From: Basidiobolus ranarum
Taxonomy: Eukaryota
Length of the DNA stretch: 33,754 nucleotides
Assembly (NCBI GenBank): GCA_040143965.1
Contig: JASJQH010006946.1
Location: forward strand, 1-33,754
Direction of reading: 5' to 3'
The number at the start of each line of letters is the position of its first letter. Within the stretch, counting starts at the first letter, position 1. The notes beneath the pieces were generated by a model. The model made no database searches. It saw only the letters and a program-made list of their open reading frames with translations, and was not told the origin of the DNA. Shown here in pieces: positions 13,741 to 24,458 of the stretch. Position numbers and translations under genes: made by a program.

Positions 13741-13811
13741 TTCCATGAATGAAGATTTTCTAGGGATATTTATTAATATATTACATAATATATATGATGG
13801 TAATTCTAAAT

Positions 13812-14324
13812 CTAGTTCTTAAGAAGATTTTGATCCCATAAGTAAAGACCAAGAGAATCTCCACCAACGCGATTAAGCTGAGTCAACATATCGGAAATCT
13901 TTTTGATGGCCTCGACTTGCTCAGTGAGGAAGTTTCCTTCAAGGAAATCACACAATTGAGGATCCTCTTGTTCAGAAGAGATATTGTGAACGTTAAGAAG
14001 TGACTTGTTCACATCTTTCTCCAATTGCAAAGTAGCCTCAACAGCATGTTGTGCTGATTGCCATTCGACATTAGGCACTGGGATTGGTTGGAATGTGACT
14101 CGACCTCCACGTTGGTTTACGTAGTCAATTAACATCTGAGCATGTTCACGTTCCTCTTGAGCGCTCTCACGGAAGAATTTAGTCAAACCAGGGAGAGCTA
14201 CGTTGTCACGATCAAAGTAGGCAGCGAGGGAGGTATATGTGTATGAGGCAGTCAACTCCATGTTGATTTGATGGTTGAGTCCCTCTTCTGAAGCGATAGC
14301 GAAATTTTGTTTTGCAAGAGACAT
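13812..14324 (-). CDS. Ferritin, eukaryotic H-type with complete ferroxidase centre, 170 aa, intronless
   Basis: AKQNF, QINMELTASYTY, YFDRDNVAL.G..KFF, EEREHA, NQRGGRV, LEKDVN..LL, DPQLCDFLE, EQVEAIK. Residues equivalent to human H-chain E27, Y34, E61, E62, H65, E107 and Q141 are present. Confidence 0.96.
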   Translation of the reverse strand: MSLAKQNFAIASEEGLNHQINMELTASYTYTSLAAYFDRDNVALPGLTKFFRESAQEEREHAQMLIDYVNQRGGRVTFQPIPVPNVEWQSAQHAVEATLQLEKDVNKSLLNVHNISSEQEDPQLCDFLEGNFLTEQVEAIKKISDMLTQLNRVGGDSLGLYLWDQNLLKN

Positions 14325-14371
14325 GATGAGATACTAAGGTACGATGCTCTCCTAGCCAGATGTGCCATTGC

Positions 14372-14378
14372 TTTTATA
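14372..14378 (-). promoter_or_regulatory. Candidate TATA box of ferritin
   Basis: TATAAAA on the minus strand ~48 nt upstream of the ferritin ATG, abutting an imperfect AT-rich palindrome (14378-14398). Confidence 0.45.
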
Positions 14379-15924
14379 TTCTTAAAATTTTAAAGAATTT
14401 GCGATTCATTGGGGACGTTAACCTGTTGAATGGGGTGAGGGAACTCCAATTCTGGTAAAAATTAAGATGAAATATTGGCTTGTCCAGCTATAGGTTATGG
14501 CCTACTTTTGCTTGCTAAAACTATTGAAATTTGTTACACGATAATCTGACACACACCATATATAACTAGGGTTATTTTGCGGGGCACCAGAAAATTTGAT
14601 CGAACTGCGGTTTCACTATGACGATTTAGCAATTCTTCTATTAGTGTATAGTCTATTCTCGTATAGCTCATTGAACATCGGGCTCACTCCATGCTAGATA
14701 CACCTCATTCACCTGAGTCTGCTTGAACTATGAAGGAATAGAGATAAGTGGACCAGATTGGTATAATTTGCTTGGTATAATTGGCTATTTATCCAGTCAA
14801 CGTTAGCATAACGGATGATACCAAGATTATGCCAAAGCGTGTGTAGAATATGCGTAGAAACATATCCATTACATTGAGCAGTAATTTTGCTTGTTATCTC
14901 AGTCGCGTGCATAATGATATCAGGTGAATTGAATGTCTATTGTAACGGATCTATCCAATGATATGAATAGCCATAAAGACAGTAAATGTCTTTGAGCGTG
15001 GTTTGGGTTCCTTTCTGGAGAAGACAAGACAAAGCAGAAGAGTCCTCATTTAAGAATCAGTTACTTTCTATAATAGGATAATAAGAAATTCTTGTTTTGG
15101 TTAAAGAAATTTAATTTGGAGTGCAGGCATATCTTTAAGAATTTATGCGACGACCGTACCTTACCAATCCAGTAGAGGTAGGTGAGACCGCATAGTCCAT
15201 AACATGTATGTCTAGTTGACAACACGAGCTCACAATGTTGATTCTTATTATTTATCGGATTATTCTATTTCCCATCCGATTATATTCCAAAATATCCATC
15301 TTACCATATAAATAGGATGAAACAGACAATTTAATTGTTCCACCTAAATTAGCTGAAATATCCTGAAGTCGTTAATTTGAGTCACAATTCGACGATTTAT
15401 TCTCTTTGTAGATCCAATACCTGTTGTCAATGATAAAAGGCTTGTCGATGATAGACATAGCTGATGAAACAAAAAGAGTGCTAAAATGCAAGGACACGGT
15501 TGAAAAAAATATGCACATGGCCAGCTTAATATAAAAGATCCCAGTGGCTTCTAAACAAATCCTCACGCCCCTCGTGGTGTTAAACATTTCACTTTCCTTC
15601 AAGACTCCACCCTTATCAATCACTCCACTTATCAACCACTTGGTGTTCTTTATAAGACTTATCAGAGACCTATTTCCTACGAAGATTATTCTACATCATC
15701 CATAGTTTCCTGTATACCTTCCTTTCTCTTAGGCTTTGTCCTCAATTATACGTCTCTGCACAAGCGCCAAGTAACTTGTATATAGATACACAAAGAGTCG
15801 AAATCATTGTATTTACCAATTGCGTGTTATTGTACGTGACCAAGGTGTAAATATCGAAAGGATTCCCCTGAAATATCTCCCTATACACCCACACCCCTAC
15901 CTACCCACACCCACTGTAGAAAAT

Positions 15925-16788
15925 ATGTCACTCAAATCCATACTCAGTGAAACATACCCACAATTTAGTGATAACTATCAGCCAAACATTACATGGAACA
16001 GCCCAGTTCTCTTCTCCCAGTGGCTCAAACCCAGTATCGATTGGAGTCGATACGATCAAGTAGTTGAAAAGCTAGAGGTAACCGCGGAGGAGATTGAAGC
16101 CACTGTAGAATTCTCTGGATTTGTGGCCGATATGGTGACCAATCTATGGAATATGCGGGATACCACCCAACGAGACTACATGAATCCACAAGAACACCAA
16201 CGAAGAGTTGAGATGATCTCCTTCATTCAAGGATTATTGATCTTCACTGACATTCCCTCCACTGTGGTTCTAGTGGGAATGAATTATTTGTATCGATTGA
16301 GAACCTCGAGTATTGTGGCTGATAATCCACCATCTGGTTCCGAGTATCGTGTATTGGTAGTTGCACTATTGACTGCTAGTAAATATATTGAAGATTTATC
16401 TTATAGTAATCTGAGTTGGTCGGAGGTATCTGGATTTGAAGTGGAAGAGTTGAATTTAATGGAGCGGGAGTTTCTAGCTGAACTCGATTGGAAATTATGG
16501 ATCTCTCCAGAGGAGTATGAGGGTTGGTTGGGAGGCATCGATCACTGGTTAGCCAAAGAGGAATGGGAGAATGAATCAGTGAGTACGGAAGCAGAGTTAG
16601 AAACGGAGACCGAAAGCGAGTTAGAGTCTGAATGTGACGAATGGTCTTCGACTCTACATGACTGGGATCCTTTGGATGATGAGTGCCGGAAACTTACCCA
16701 ATTAACTCTTGATCAAGAATTAAGAATAAGCAACACCACTAACAGATTAACTACCCCCAACCCCACCACCACCACTGCCACGAAATGA
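15925..16788 (+). CDS. Pho85-type cyclin (Clg1/Pcl-like), 287 aa, intronless
   Basis: Cyclin box FIQGLL...STVVLVGMNYLYRL...GSEYRVLVVALLTASKYIEDLSYSNLSWSEVSGFEVEELNLMEREFLAELDWKLWIS; acidic and Thr-rich tail. First ATG at 15925. Confidence 0.88.
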   Translation: MSLKSILSETYPQFSDNYQPNITWNSPVLFSQWLKPSIDWSRYDQVVEKLEVTAEEIEATVEFSGFVADMVTNLWNMRDTTQRDYMNPQEHQRRVEMISFIQGLLIFTDIPSTVVLVGMNYLYRLRTSSIVADNPPSGSEYRVLVVALLTASKYIEDLSYSNLSWSEVSGFEVEELNLMEREFLAELDWKLWISPEEYEGWLGGIDHWLAKEEWENESVSTEAELETETESELESECDEWSSTLHDWDPLDDECRKLTQLTLDQELRISNTTNRLTTPNPTTTTATK

Positions 16789-17357
16789 AGAGTCTCTAAT
16801 GGCATAAAAAATCATGTATAAAAATACCTAGACTGTTTTTTCTTTCCTTATCTATTGATTTCACAAGTCTGTGTTCTTAATTGTAATTCGATTGATTCTT
16901 TTGATATTCTGTACACATTCCCCATATTTCTTTCTCACTTTACCATATTATTAACAAAGAGACTCTGTTCAACAATCTCACTTTAATCTGAACCTTAAGA
17001 AGAGGGAAGGTGAAAGGGAGGGCGGGACGAAGCCATCAAGGATCGAATCTATTTCATGAATAAATTGTAAAAGACCAAGTGAAAGGAGAGGGAGAGGGAA
17101 AGTGAAAAGGAAAGGGGAGGAAGGGATCCCAAGGAGGCACTGGTGTTGATATTCATAGAACTATTATCAATATAAAAAGAGAAGAGACCATCGTACATTT
17201 TGACCACTTTAAGTAAAGTTTCTATTCTCTTTCACTTTCCCTTGTTCTCCACTCATCCTCCCCCTCCCCCTCCCTCGAAAGATACTTTACAAAACGACAA
17301 AGTAACAAAATTTCTTACAGGAAAATCTATGGCTCACATGTACCACGGAACTAAGAA

Positions 17358-18758
17358 TCATATGATAGCTTTTTTCCGAATATGATTTTGAACGAAATCC
17401 GGAAATACATTATCATAGAGCAAAGCGAGAACCTGATCTTTAGCCTCATCAAATATCCCCCAAGTGATATGTCCATTTTGAATTTGACCAAGGATAGAGG
17501 TGTGTGCGCTACTAGATAGATTCACCTCCAGCAATGCACCTGATTGTAGATAAGTACGATAGAATTTTAAGAACCGAACATGTAATTCCACTGGAACTCT
17601 TTCATTCTCCGTAAATTTCCGTACGGTCATAGCGATACCGATATGGGCTGGGGTGATGGCTGGTGGACGTGATTTAAATATCGATATGGGTTTGGTGGAT
17701 AGCAAGGGGGTTTCAATGGAACTACCCTTGGCTCCAGATTGTCCAGAAATAATACAGTATTGCTTTAGAAGTTGAAAGTCATCGATAAAGCAGGTGTTCT
17801 CACTACATAAGTATCGTACAGCAAAGTTTCGAAAATGAAGTAACATCTCGGGACTTTCGAATATTCGGTAGAAATGTTCCGAGTCATAGGCAGCGATGGT
17901 TCTTAATTTCCTACTACGATATACCATACTAGCAAGTGGGAAGCCAACAGTGTTCAAGTGTGAGAGTAGCATGAAAAGTGTGATAAAGTAATAACTGGAG
18001 AATGAGGAATTTAGCTGCTCTTTTAGAACAAGCGTCCACACAAAGTACATTGGGTAAATTAACAAACCAAGAAACACACAGGTTATCAGCTCATTACGAA
18101 GACCATATGCATCCTTGACATTCCAAAAAAAATAGATTACCCAGGGGCAACATAGAAAGAGGAATAGTCCAGTCATACCGAAGAAGGGGAAATAATGCCA
18201 ACCAAATCCACATAAAGTGTATTCATCAAAACCAGGCTCTAGCATACGAACCAGTTGCATCACTGATATAGCCGAAACAAGAATAAATATAGAGAGTGCC
18301 ACCAAATAAGTCAACTTTTTATCGGTCACTCGTTCCTTGTTCTGTGCTTGGCGAGAGATGTGAGAATGACGATAGGACTCGTGTTCCATGAGCTCAAAAG
18401 AATTCTTATCGTCAATAAATGTATCTTGAAGTTGGCCGTGGACTTTGGCGGTATTGAATTTCACTACCACTAACAGTTGAATCCCACGTGCCATTAAAGA
18501 GAGAAAGTACAGAGCAGAGCCAAGATAGGTACCCCAGAGTACTAGGGTACACGAGAATCCCATCCAGAAGATAAGTCGACAATAGTAGGCGCCAGAAATA
18601 ATCAAATTCCCAATAGCCCCAAGAAGGATAAGTCGGTGTGGTCGATGGTTGAACTTTTGTCGATGATAAAGAAATATAATAGTCGTCACAATAACAATGG
18701 TGAAATGAAGCACCAGCGCAACACAGGCCAGATTTTGACCAAGGGTGGGGAAGCCCAT
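17358..18758 (-). CDS. 7TM receptor-like protein fused to a C-terminal RGS domain (GprK/AtRGS1-like architecture), ~466 aa
   Basis: Seven hydrophobic segments, VKDAYGLRNEL loop, then RGS motifs FRNFAVRYLCSENTCF, YLQSGALLEVNLS and IFDEAKDQVLALLYDNVFPDF. First ATG in the open frame is 18758. Confidence 0.85.
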   Translation of the reverse strand: MGFPTLGQNLACVALVLHFTIVIVTTIIFLYHRQKFNHRPHRLILLGAIGNLIISGAYYCRLIFWMGFSCTLVLWGTYLGSALYFLSLMARGIQLLVVVKFNTAKVHGQLQDTFIDDKNSFELMEHESYRHSHISRQAQNKERVTDKKLTYLVALSIFILVSAISVMQLVRMLEPGFDEYTLCGFGWHYFPFFGMTGLFLFLCCPWVIYFFWNVKDAYGLRNELITCVFLGLLIYPMYFVWTLVLKEQLNSSFSSYYFITLFMLLSHLNTVGFPLASMVYRSRKLRTIAAYDSEHFYRIFESPEMLLHFRNFAVRYLCSENTCFIDDFQLLKQYCIISGQSGAKGSSIETPLLSTKPISIFKSRPPAITPAHIGIAMTVRKFTENERVPVELHVRFLKFYRTYLQSGALLEVNLSSSAHTSILGQIQNGHITWGIFDEAKDQVLALLYDNVFPDFVQNHIRKKAII

Positions 18759-19858
18759 TCCAAAGGCTATGTTCCTCAACAGCGAGGGAGTAAGGTTTAG
18801 AGGGTGTACGTGCTTTGACAAACAAAAGGATCAGTATAGGGGATCTGAGGTCATGGAATAAGGACTGAAGGTGTAAATATTTCTTGTGTAAAAGCAAGTC
18901 AAGCATTGGGGGATCGATTGGTCTTATATCCCGTTGAAATTAACTGCAATTAACTGCAGTGAAGTGCAACGGTTTAGCCATCGCTTCCTCTATTTGGTAA
19001 TGTGCTTTCGGGGCCATACACACACATACACACCGTAATAAGGAGAACCTCAATCGAAAGCCAGATGATGAAATCGCCATCAAATTTAAGCTTAGAAAGA
19101 GGAGGTAATCTAGGGCTAGGGTTGTAGCGCATTCAATTACTGCCTAATTCTAGCGGGGATTCTTATGGGATTTTATGATCGTAAGCAACGTACATATAGT
19201 AATGTACCCTTCCATAGAGATTAATCAAAGCATCCAATGACTGCTAATGTGAATGCCTCCCCTTTACGGAAATATTCACCTACATTAAGCAATGAATGCG
19301 ATGCTGCGGGTACATGAGCTAGGTTTCGCTGTTATCTGGGTTGGCTGTGGTACTCGCTCAGTGCTGGCCCTCAGGCTTTGTTTGTAAAATGAGTGTTAGG
19401 AACCTTGATTGGCAAAATCAATAGATTGTAATCTACTTTCTTGTGCGACTTTCTCTGGCAGCGCTCCCCCCTCCCACCATTTTCATCGCACATGGACTGA
19501 TTGGAAGGTCTCGGCTAGTCCATTCATTTAAGCTATAACAAATAGATTTCAGAATCCGGATTTCAGAGGCTCTACGCTTTACGCTTTATTCTTACGCTAT
19601 TACATTACATAAAATTAGATGACAATCACGAATGCATGGGGGATCGAGCTTTACCTAGCTTCTCTACCACTCTGAGCCAGCAAACGATCCTCTGGGTGCC
19701 AAGTTGGTAGTTGGTGGTAATGAAACGCTCTCCAAGAATAAAGAGTCCAAAAAATGAATAATGTACATCAAAAGTCCATTGCAATGAGAAAATTGAAATT
19801 GCAACGAGACGGAAAGGAATCTATATGCTTTTCTTTTACAGTAAATTGGAGTCTTCGC

Positions 19859-22800
19859 CTATTTCCGTCCACTCTTTTCTAGCAACTTTCCCACGTATTC
19901 TTTGACGAATTTTTTGATTTTCGACCGAACGGAGTCATTCATGTCTCGTAGCACTCCCTTTTCAAAACTGGTGGTTCGTTTCTCCTTCTCGAGTAGTATG
20001 TGTGTGATCTGGGTGAAAATTGGCTGTTTAGTGTTGATGCTTTGATGGGAAGGTGAGTGTAATGATAGTTACCCTTCGTGCTTGCTTTTTAAATACTTCG
20101 TGGTCAAGTTTCTCTTTGTACTTACTAAGACATTTGACAACGATTTCCGAAATCTATTAATAGAGTTTGAAAATGAGCGATCCATTGTGAAGATGATGTT
20201 ATCAGCAACCTAGTCTTACCCCACTTCGGAGATCTCTAATCAACTCTTCTTGGTCTTTGTAAGTTTTTTCATGAGATTCAACGCTTGCACTAACAGCTTC
20301 AATATTAGACTCTGCCTCTTTCTTGAGTCTTTTTGCATTTGCTCGCTCGATAATGGCATCAATGGCCGATTGCGAAACTCCTTCGATGTTGCCTGGCCTT
20401 TCAACAGGAAGCTCCCATTGTGTTACCCTGGAAACGCTATTATAATAGTAGATTTTTCCATCCTCCGAGGTGGCCATATGCCAATTCAGTGGAAGTGTAG
20501 GTGTAGGCGCGCTTAAGGATGTGCCCGTACTGTTGGTGATTGTCGATGCGGTGGCCGATACGGATGCTCTAGGATCTATGGGACTTCTACCGGTATCCGA
20601 GCCAGATAGTGATGCGCCAGATCCATATGGGCTCCACCCGTTAGGACTTCCCGAATGGAATTGGTTGGTAGAAGTGTTTCGATTAAGATAATCAAGTTGT
20701 TTAGGCTTCGGAACAAAACCTTCACGGTATCGGGGTCGGAATGGATCATATTTACGATAGGGTCGGTCGTGGTTATTATACTCACTACCATTGTACGATG
20801 AACGTTTTTGCAGATCGCTGTTGATGTTATCTGAAAATAAAAGGGATTTAGTACATATCCCTTCAAATAAACAAAAACTGAATCACCTTCAGGTAAGGGT
20901 TCCTTTTGGTAAGTCGACAGCCCACTGTCCATCTCATTACTCAGTATACTGGTAGATGGAGGGGTGATTTTATCGATGGATTGTCCACTTTGGGAGGGCT
21001 AAATGAAAAGAAGCATTATGTAATGTCCTCTGAGTATTCATAGAAACCAAATTGAACATACTGATCGCTTGATTTTAGGGATTTTGTAAACAGTTTGAAG
21101 AGAGCTCCAGTCTTGTATCAACTTGAGTAAATAAGAAAAAGATTACTACACCGAACTGCCAGCCAAGTTGAATTCCAATATTGAACTTTCTGATTCATAC
21201 CTGTTCCGATAGCTGGCGCACATTAAGATCATCGCAATCCGTCAGCTTTTGAATGACAGTTTCAATTTGGCACTCATCCAAATGATTGCGGTTAGAAATA
21301 GGAAGGCATTTGAGGCATCTCAGTATCTAGAAGTCGAAGAAGGTGTGAGTAAGCAATTTAACCACAGACGTTATGAATGTGAGAAGTGGTTGTTTACTTG
21401 AAGAATGACCGAGAAATCCGATTTATACTCTCGTATCCAGGATTTCAGCATAATTATTCCATGGAGATGAATAAACTTTCGCAAGCATTGATGAGACTCC
21501 GTTTCCTGATGAAAAGCGATGCTTGGTTATTATCCATTGACTATTGATAGAGACCCCAACTCATCACAAACCTCGAGTTTTTTAAGCATTTTCTGAACCA
21601 ACTGTGGCTTCTCGGATATTTGCAACATAAGCTTAACAAACTTGCAAACATCTTCCACAGTCGCAAGTCCTTTGCTCTTCGGTGGCTAATTGGGACAAGA
21701 ATGACGTTAGTATGGATGGAGATCGTAGTTGTCTTGAATAAGGAATGTCGAGTGTAGGTTACCTGGAACTCGTCATAATAATCCGGATCATTTTCTTTGA
21801 CCTTACGTTTGCGACCAGTTTTGGTGGATTTCTCGATGATTTCATCTTCTGATCCCAGATCTAGAATATCAACTAGTATTTTGGTGTTAATGGAAGCTGT
21901 GGTGCGAAAAGAGGAGACTCATACCTTCGTCATCATCAATGCCAATCTCTTTCAGTTCGGATTTTTTGTTTCCACCGATGTATCCTTTGCAATTAGCTTC
22001 TCCACAGTAGCATTTCTGTGCCACCGAACTATGCACGGGTTCAAATTCAATAAAAAGTCATAGAGAGAAGGGATTTCTAGCTGACGAATATTTACCCGTA
22101 GCGTTCGAATTTGTAATCGAAGGTGAGCTCTTCTCCTACCGCAATACTTCGGAGGGTAAAGATTCCCATTCGAAGTTTGCTGCCGACAATCCACTTCTGG
22201 AGCACGCAATTAGGATTACAGCTGTGGTTTATAAATCGTGCCAAACAGCCCATCTGTGTAGCATCGATAACCTGACGAAAGCAAAGCTATAACCACTGAT
22301 GTCTGAGATTTCAAGTGTATGGCCAAAGTACTCACCTCATCCGATTTTAAGCTCATAAAGTAAAAATGAGAGAGCCCTTGATCACTGTACTGTCTGGTTC
22401 GTTTTACGAAATTGGTATAAGTCACCACCTCCCCGATATACTCCATGACAAGTTGCCCGCTGTACAATGCATTTACAAAAGAAATAGTGAGCGATTGGAT
22501 AATCATAGACGCACAAGATAAGCCAAGTGAATCAAAAACCCAACCTTTTAAGTGTTTCCGCTGCTAGTAATCCAAATCCTTTTTGGGGAGTCTTGACAAC
22601 ATCAACAGAGGAATACTCTTTACGTTGAAATCTACCGAAAGTAAAAGGTCGATATATGGAATTCGTGTGATGGCTAACTGAAATTTACTCTACCTTTGGT
22701 TTTGACAATATGAACCACAAGGACAATCTCCAGGTGTGCATTCTATAAACAATATTCTGTTGATGCAATCAGAATCAGCCCCGCAAGCTGCTGAAGGGTC

Positions 22801-23665
22801 ATCAGTTTCTAAAGCAAGAGTGCGTCAGTATAATACACCAAATAAATATTTCTATGCAACTAGAGCTCATACCAGGATTGTATTTACATTGACAAGGCAT
22901 ATATTCCTCTTTGGTAACAGAACCACGTGCCCCTCGACGGTAAACATTATCTTCCAAAATTGTAAAGAGAGATTTGGCTTCATCAAGTGCCGTCTCAAAA
23001 ACGGTTTCATTATGTGTTGAAGTTATAGGGAGTGGAGCGGGAGTAGTTGATCTAGAATCAAGCGTTTGTGGGATGGGTGATGAGTGATCTAACGATGTGT
23101 CAGAGACTATGGAGTTTTTAGACGAGTTGTGGAGTGGGCTATCCACCGTAGTGTCGGTTGGTTTATTCGATATAGTCATGTTGTCCTGAAGAGAAGGAGA
23201 GCTTTGAGCAGGAGTAATTAAACTAGACGCCTCAAAAACCAGTGAATTATCTTTTGTCTTGGAAGAGATTTTTCCAGAAGTGGATAACTCTGAATCTGAC
23301 TTGAAATCATCTCTGGGGGTTAAAATGGAAATTTCCGAAATATCACGAACAACTATCGGGTAAATGAAGCAAAAGAAAATGAGTAAGAATGGGTGAGAAT
23401 AAAAGGAATGTTATCTCTAAAATATATCGAACCATCACTAAGAGAAGGGGAATCTACTTTATTAGTTGTGTCGATAAGGTTTATTGACGGGTGCACTGGT
23501 TTTAAATAAAAAAGTACGTTAGAACTTGCCAAGTAAATGAGAGCATATATATCGCGATTTGGAAGTTGTTCTACCTGCAGTGGTCGTATTTGCGGGCTCA
23601 ATAACCATCTCAGAAGCTTCAAGGTGCAAAGGAGAACGTTTCTCTTCAACTGGACATTTCTCCAT
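19859..23665 (-). CDS. SET2: Histone H3K36 methyltransferase Set2 (AWS-SET-postSET, WW, SRI), ~903 aa, 17 exons
   Basis: Exons 23665-23575, 23495-23433, 23352-22873, 22808-22694, 22631-22545, 22459-22336, 22271-22096, 22028-21925, 21872-21763, 21685-21572, 21505-21398, 21326-21201, 21121-21062, 20998-20887, 20830-20220, 20153-20073, 20008-19859; frame consistent. [62 protein letters not shown] domain (LPLNW..GKIYYYN..TQWELP), SRI ([18 protein letters not shown]). The first two exons are less certain. Confidence 0.93.
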
Positions 23666-23721
23666 TGTTTATTTTCATGAGCTTAGTTCAAAAAAAGGTT
23701 CTGCTTGTTTTCTGCTAACTT

Positions 23722-23739
23722 GTGACTTGAAGTCACGTG
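23722..23739. promoter_or_regulatory. Perfect 7-bp inverted repeat overlapping a GTCACGTG E-box in the Set2/ISWI divergent region
   Basis: GTGACTT-g-AAGTCAC (23722-23736) and GTCACGTG (23732-23739); function untested. Confidence 0.35.
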
Positions 23740-24458
23740 GTTAATAGAATTGAGTTTTCGTGTATAGTGTATGATCGATTGAAAAGCAACCTGGGCTCAT
23801 TTTAAATAACAAAAAAACCGAGGTTAATAGATTCTTGGACTTGTTTTAAATTCAATAGAAATTTTATATTGCAGTGTATACAACTCATTGTAAGATATGC
23901 TTCTTCGCTATACCAAGCTATGAGCTATGTTTGACATTATTAAAATAACGGGGTTCAGATTAAGGTTCACCACTCTTACCGTGTGGTACGAATAGCAAGT
24001 AGCATTTAATCAGTCAATATTGTACAGTTCTTTACATTGATGGAGTTGTGATTACTGCAATTGCTTAACCTTGTCTATTTTGATTTGATATATTCGGTCA
24101 ATGTTAGTTACTCTATTTAATACGCAGTTACAAATAAGATTAGTTATCAGTTATTACATGAAATCGAACCCAGATTTACTGTTATTAATGAATTTTGCGC
24201 GTCATTAAAACCACTTCGTGTTTTGATCAATTGTTTGTATTTACTTGGCTTTCCCACTCATTTGGCTACGATTTTGTTCCATTTGCACGTTCCCTCTTGG
24301 CTACTAAGTTGTTCTGACCCTCACGCAATCAGGAAATCCCCAAGAGATTGTTTAGATACTTTTACTAGAATTATTTGTAGTATCCCTAAGTCGAAGAGTT
24401 TTCTTTAAGAATATCAACTTCATATTACTCCAGTGTAACTTATCACCTCGATTCGAGA

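Noticed and set aside
15145..15193. Bulged hairpin followed by an ANANNA-like box (possible H/ACA snoRNA)
   Set aside because: No convincing second hairpin or terminal ACA, and the stems are short enough to be chance.
15372..15635. Intergenic ORFs 15372-15635 (also 14709-14912, 3492-3855, 32740-32940)
   Set aside because: No domain-like motifs or consistent splice structure; composition resembles non-coding DNA.
15820..15924. TTG-initiated N-terminal extension of the cyclin
   Set aside because: 35 open codons can occur by chance, and the ATG at 15925 has a good context (AAAT ATG T).
18831..18833. Selenocysteine reading of the in-frame TGA upstream of 7TM-RGS
   Set aside because: Not a known selenoprotein family, no redox motif, and no SECIS recognised downstream.
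18938..19610. Short tandem and palindromic words (aattaactgc x2, tagattgtaatcta, gatttcaga x2, tacgctt x2)
   Set aside because: Short slippage-type repeats expected in AT-rich spacers; no array structure or spacer pattern, so not CRISPR-like.
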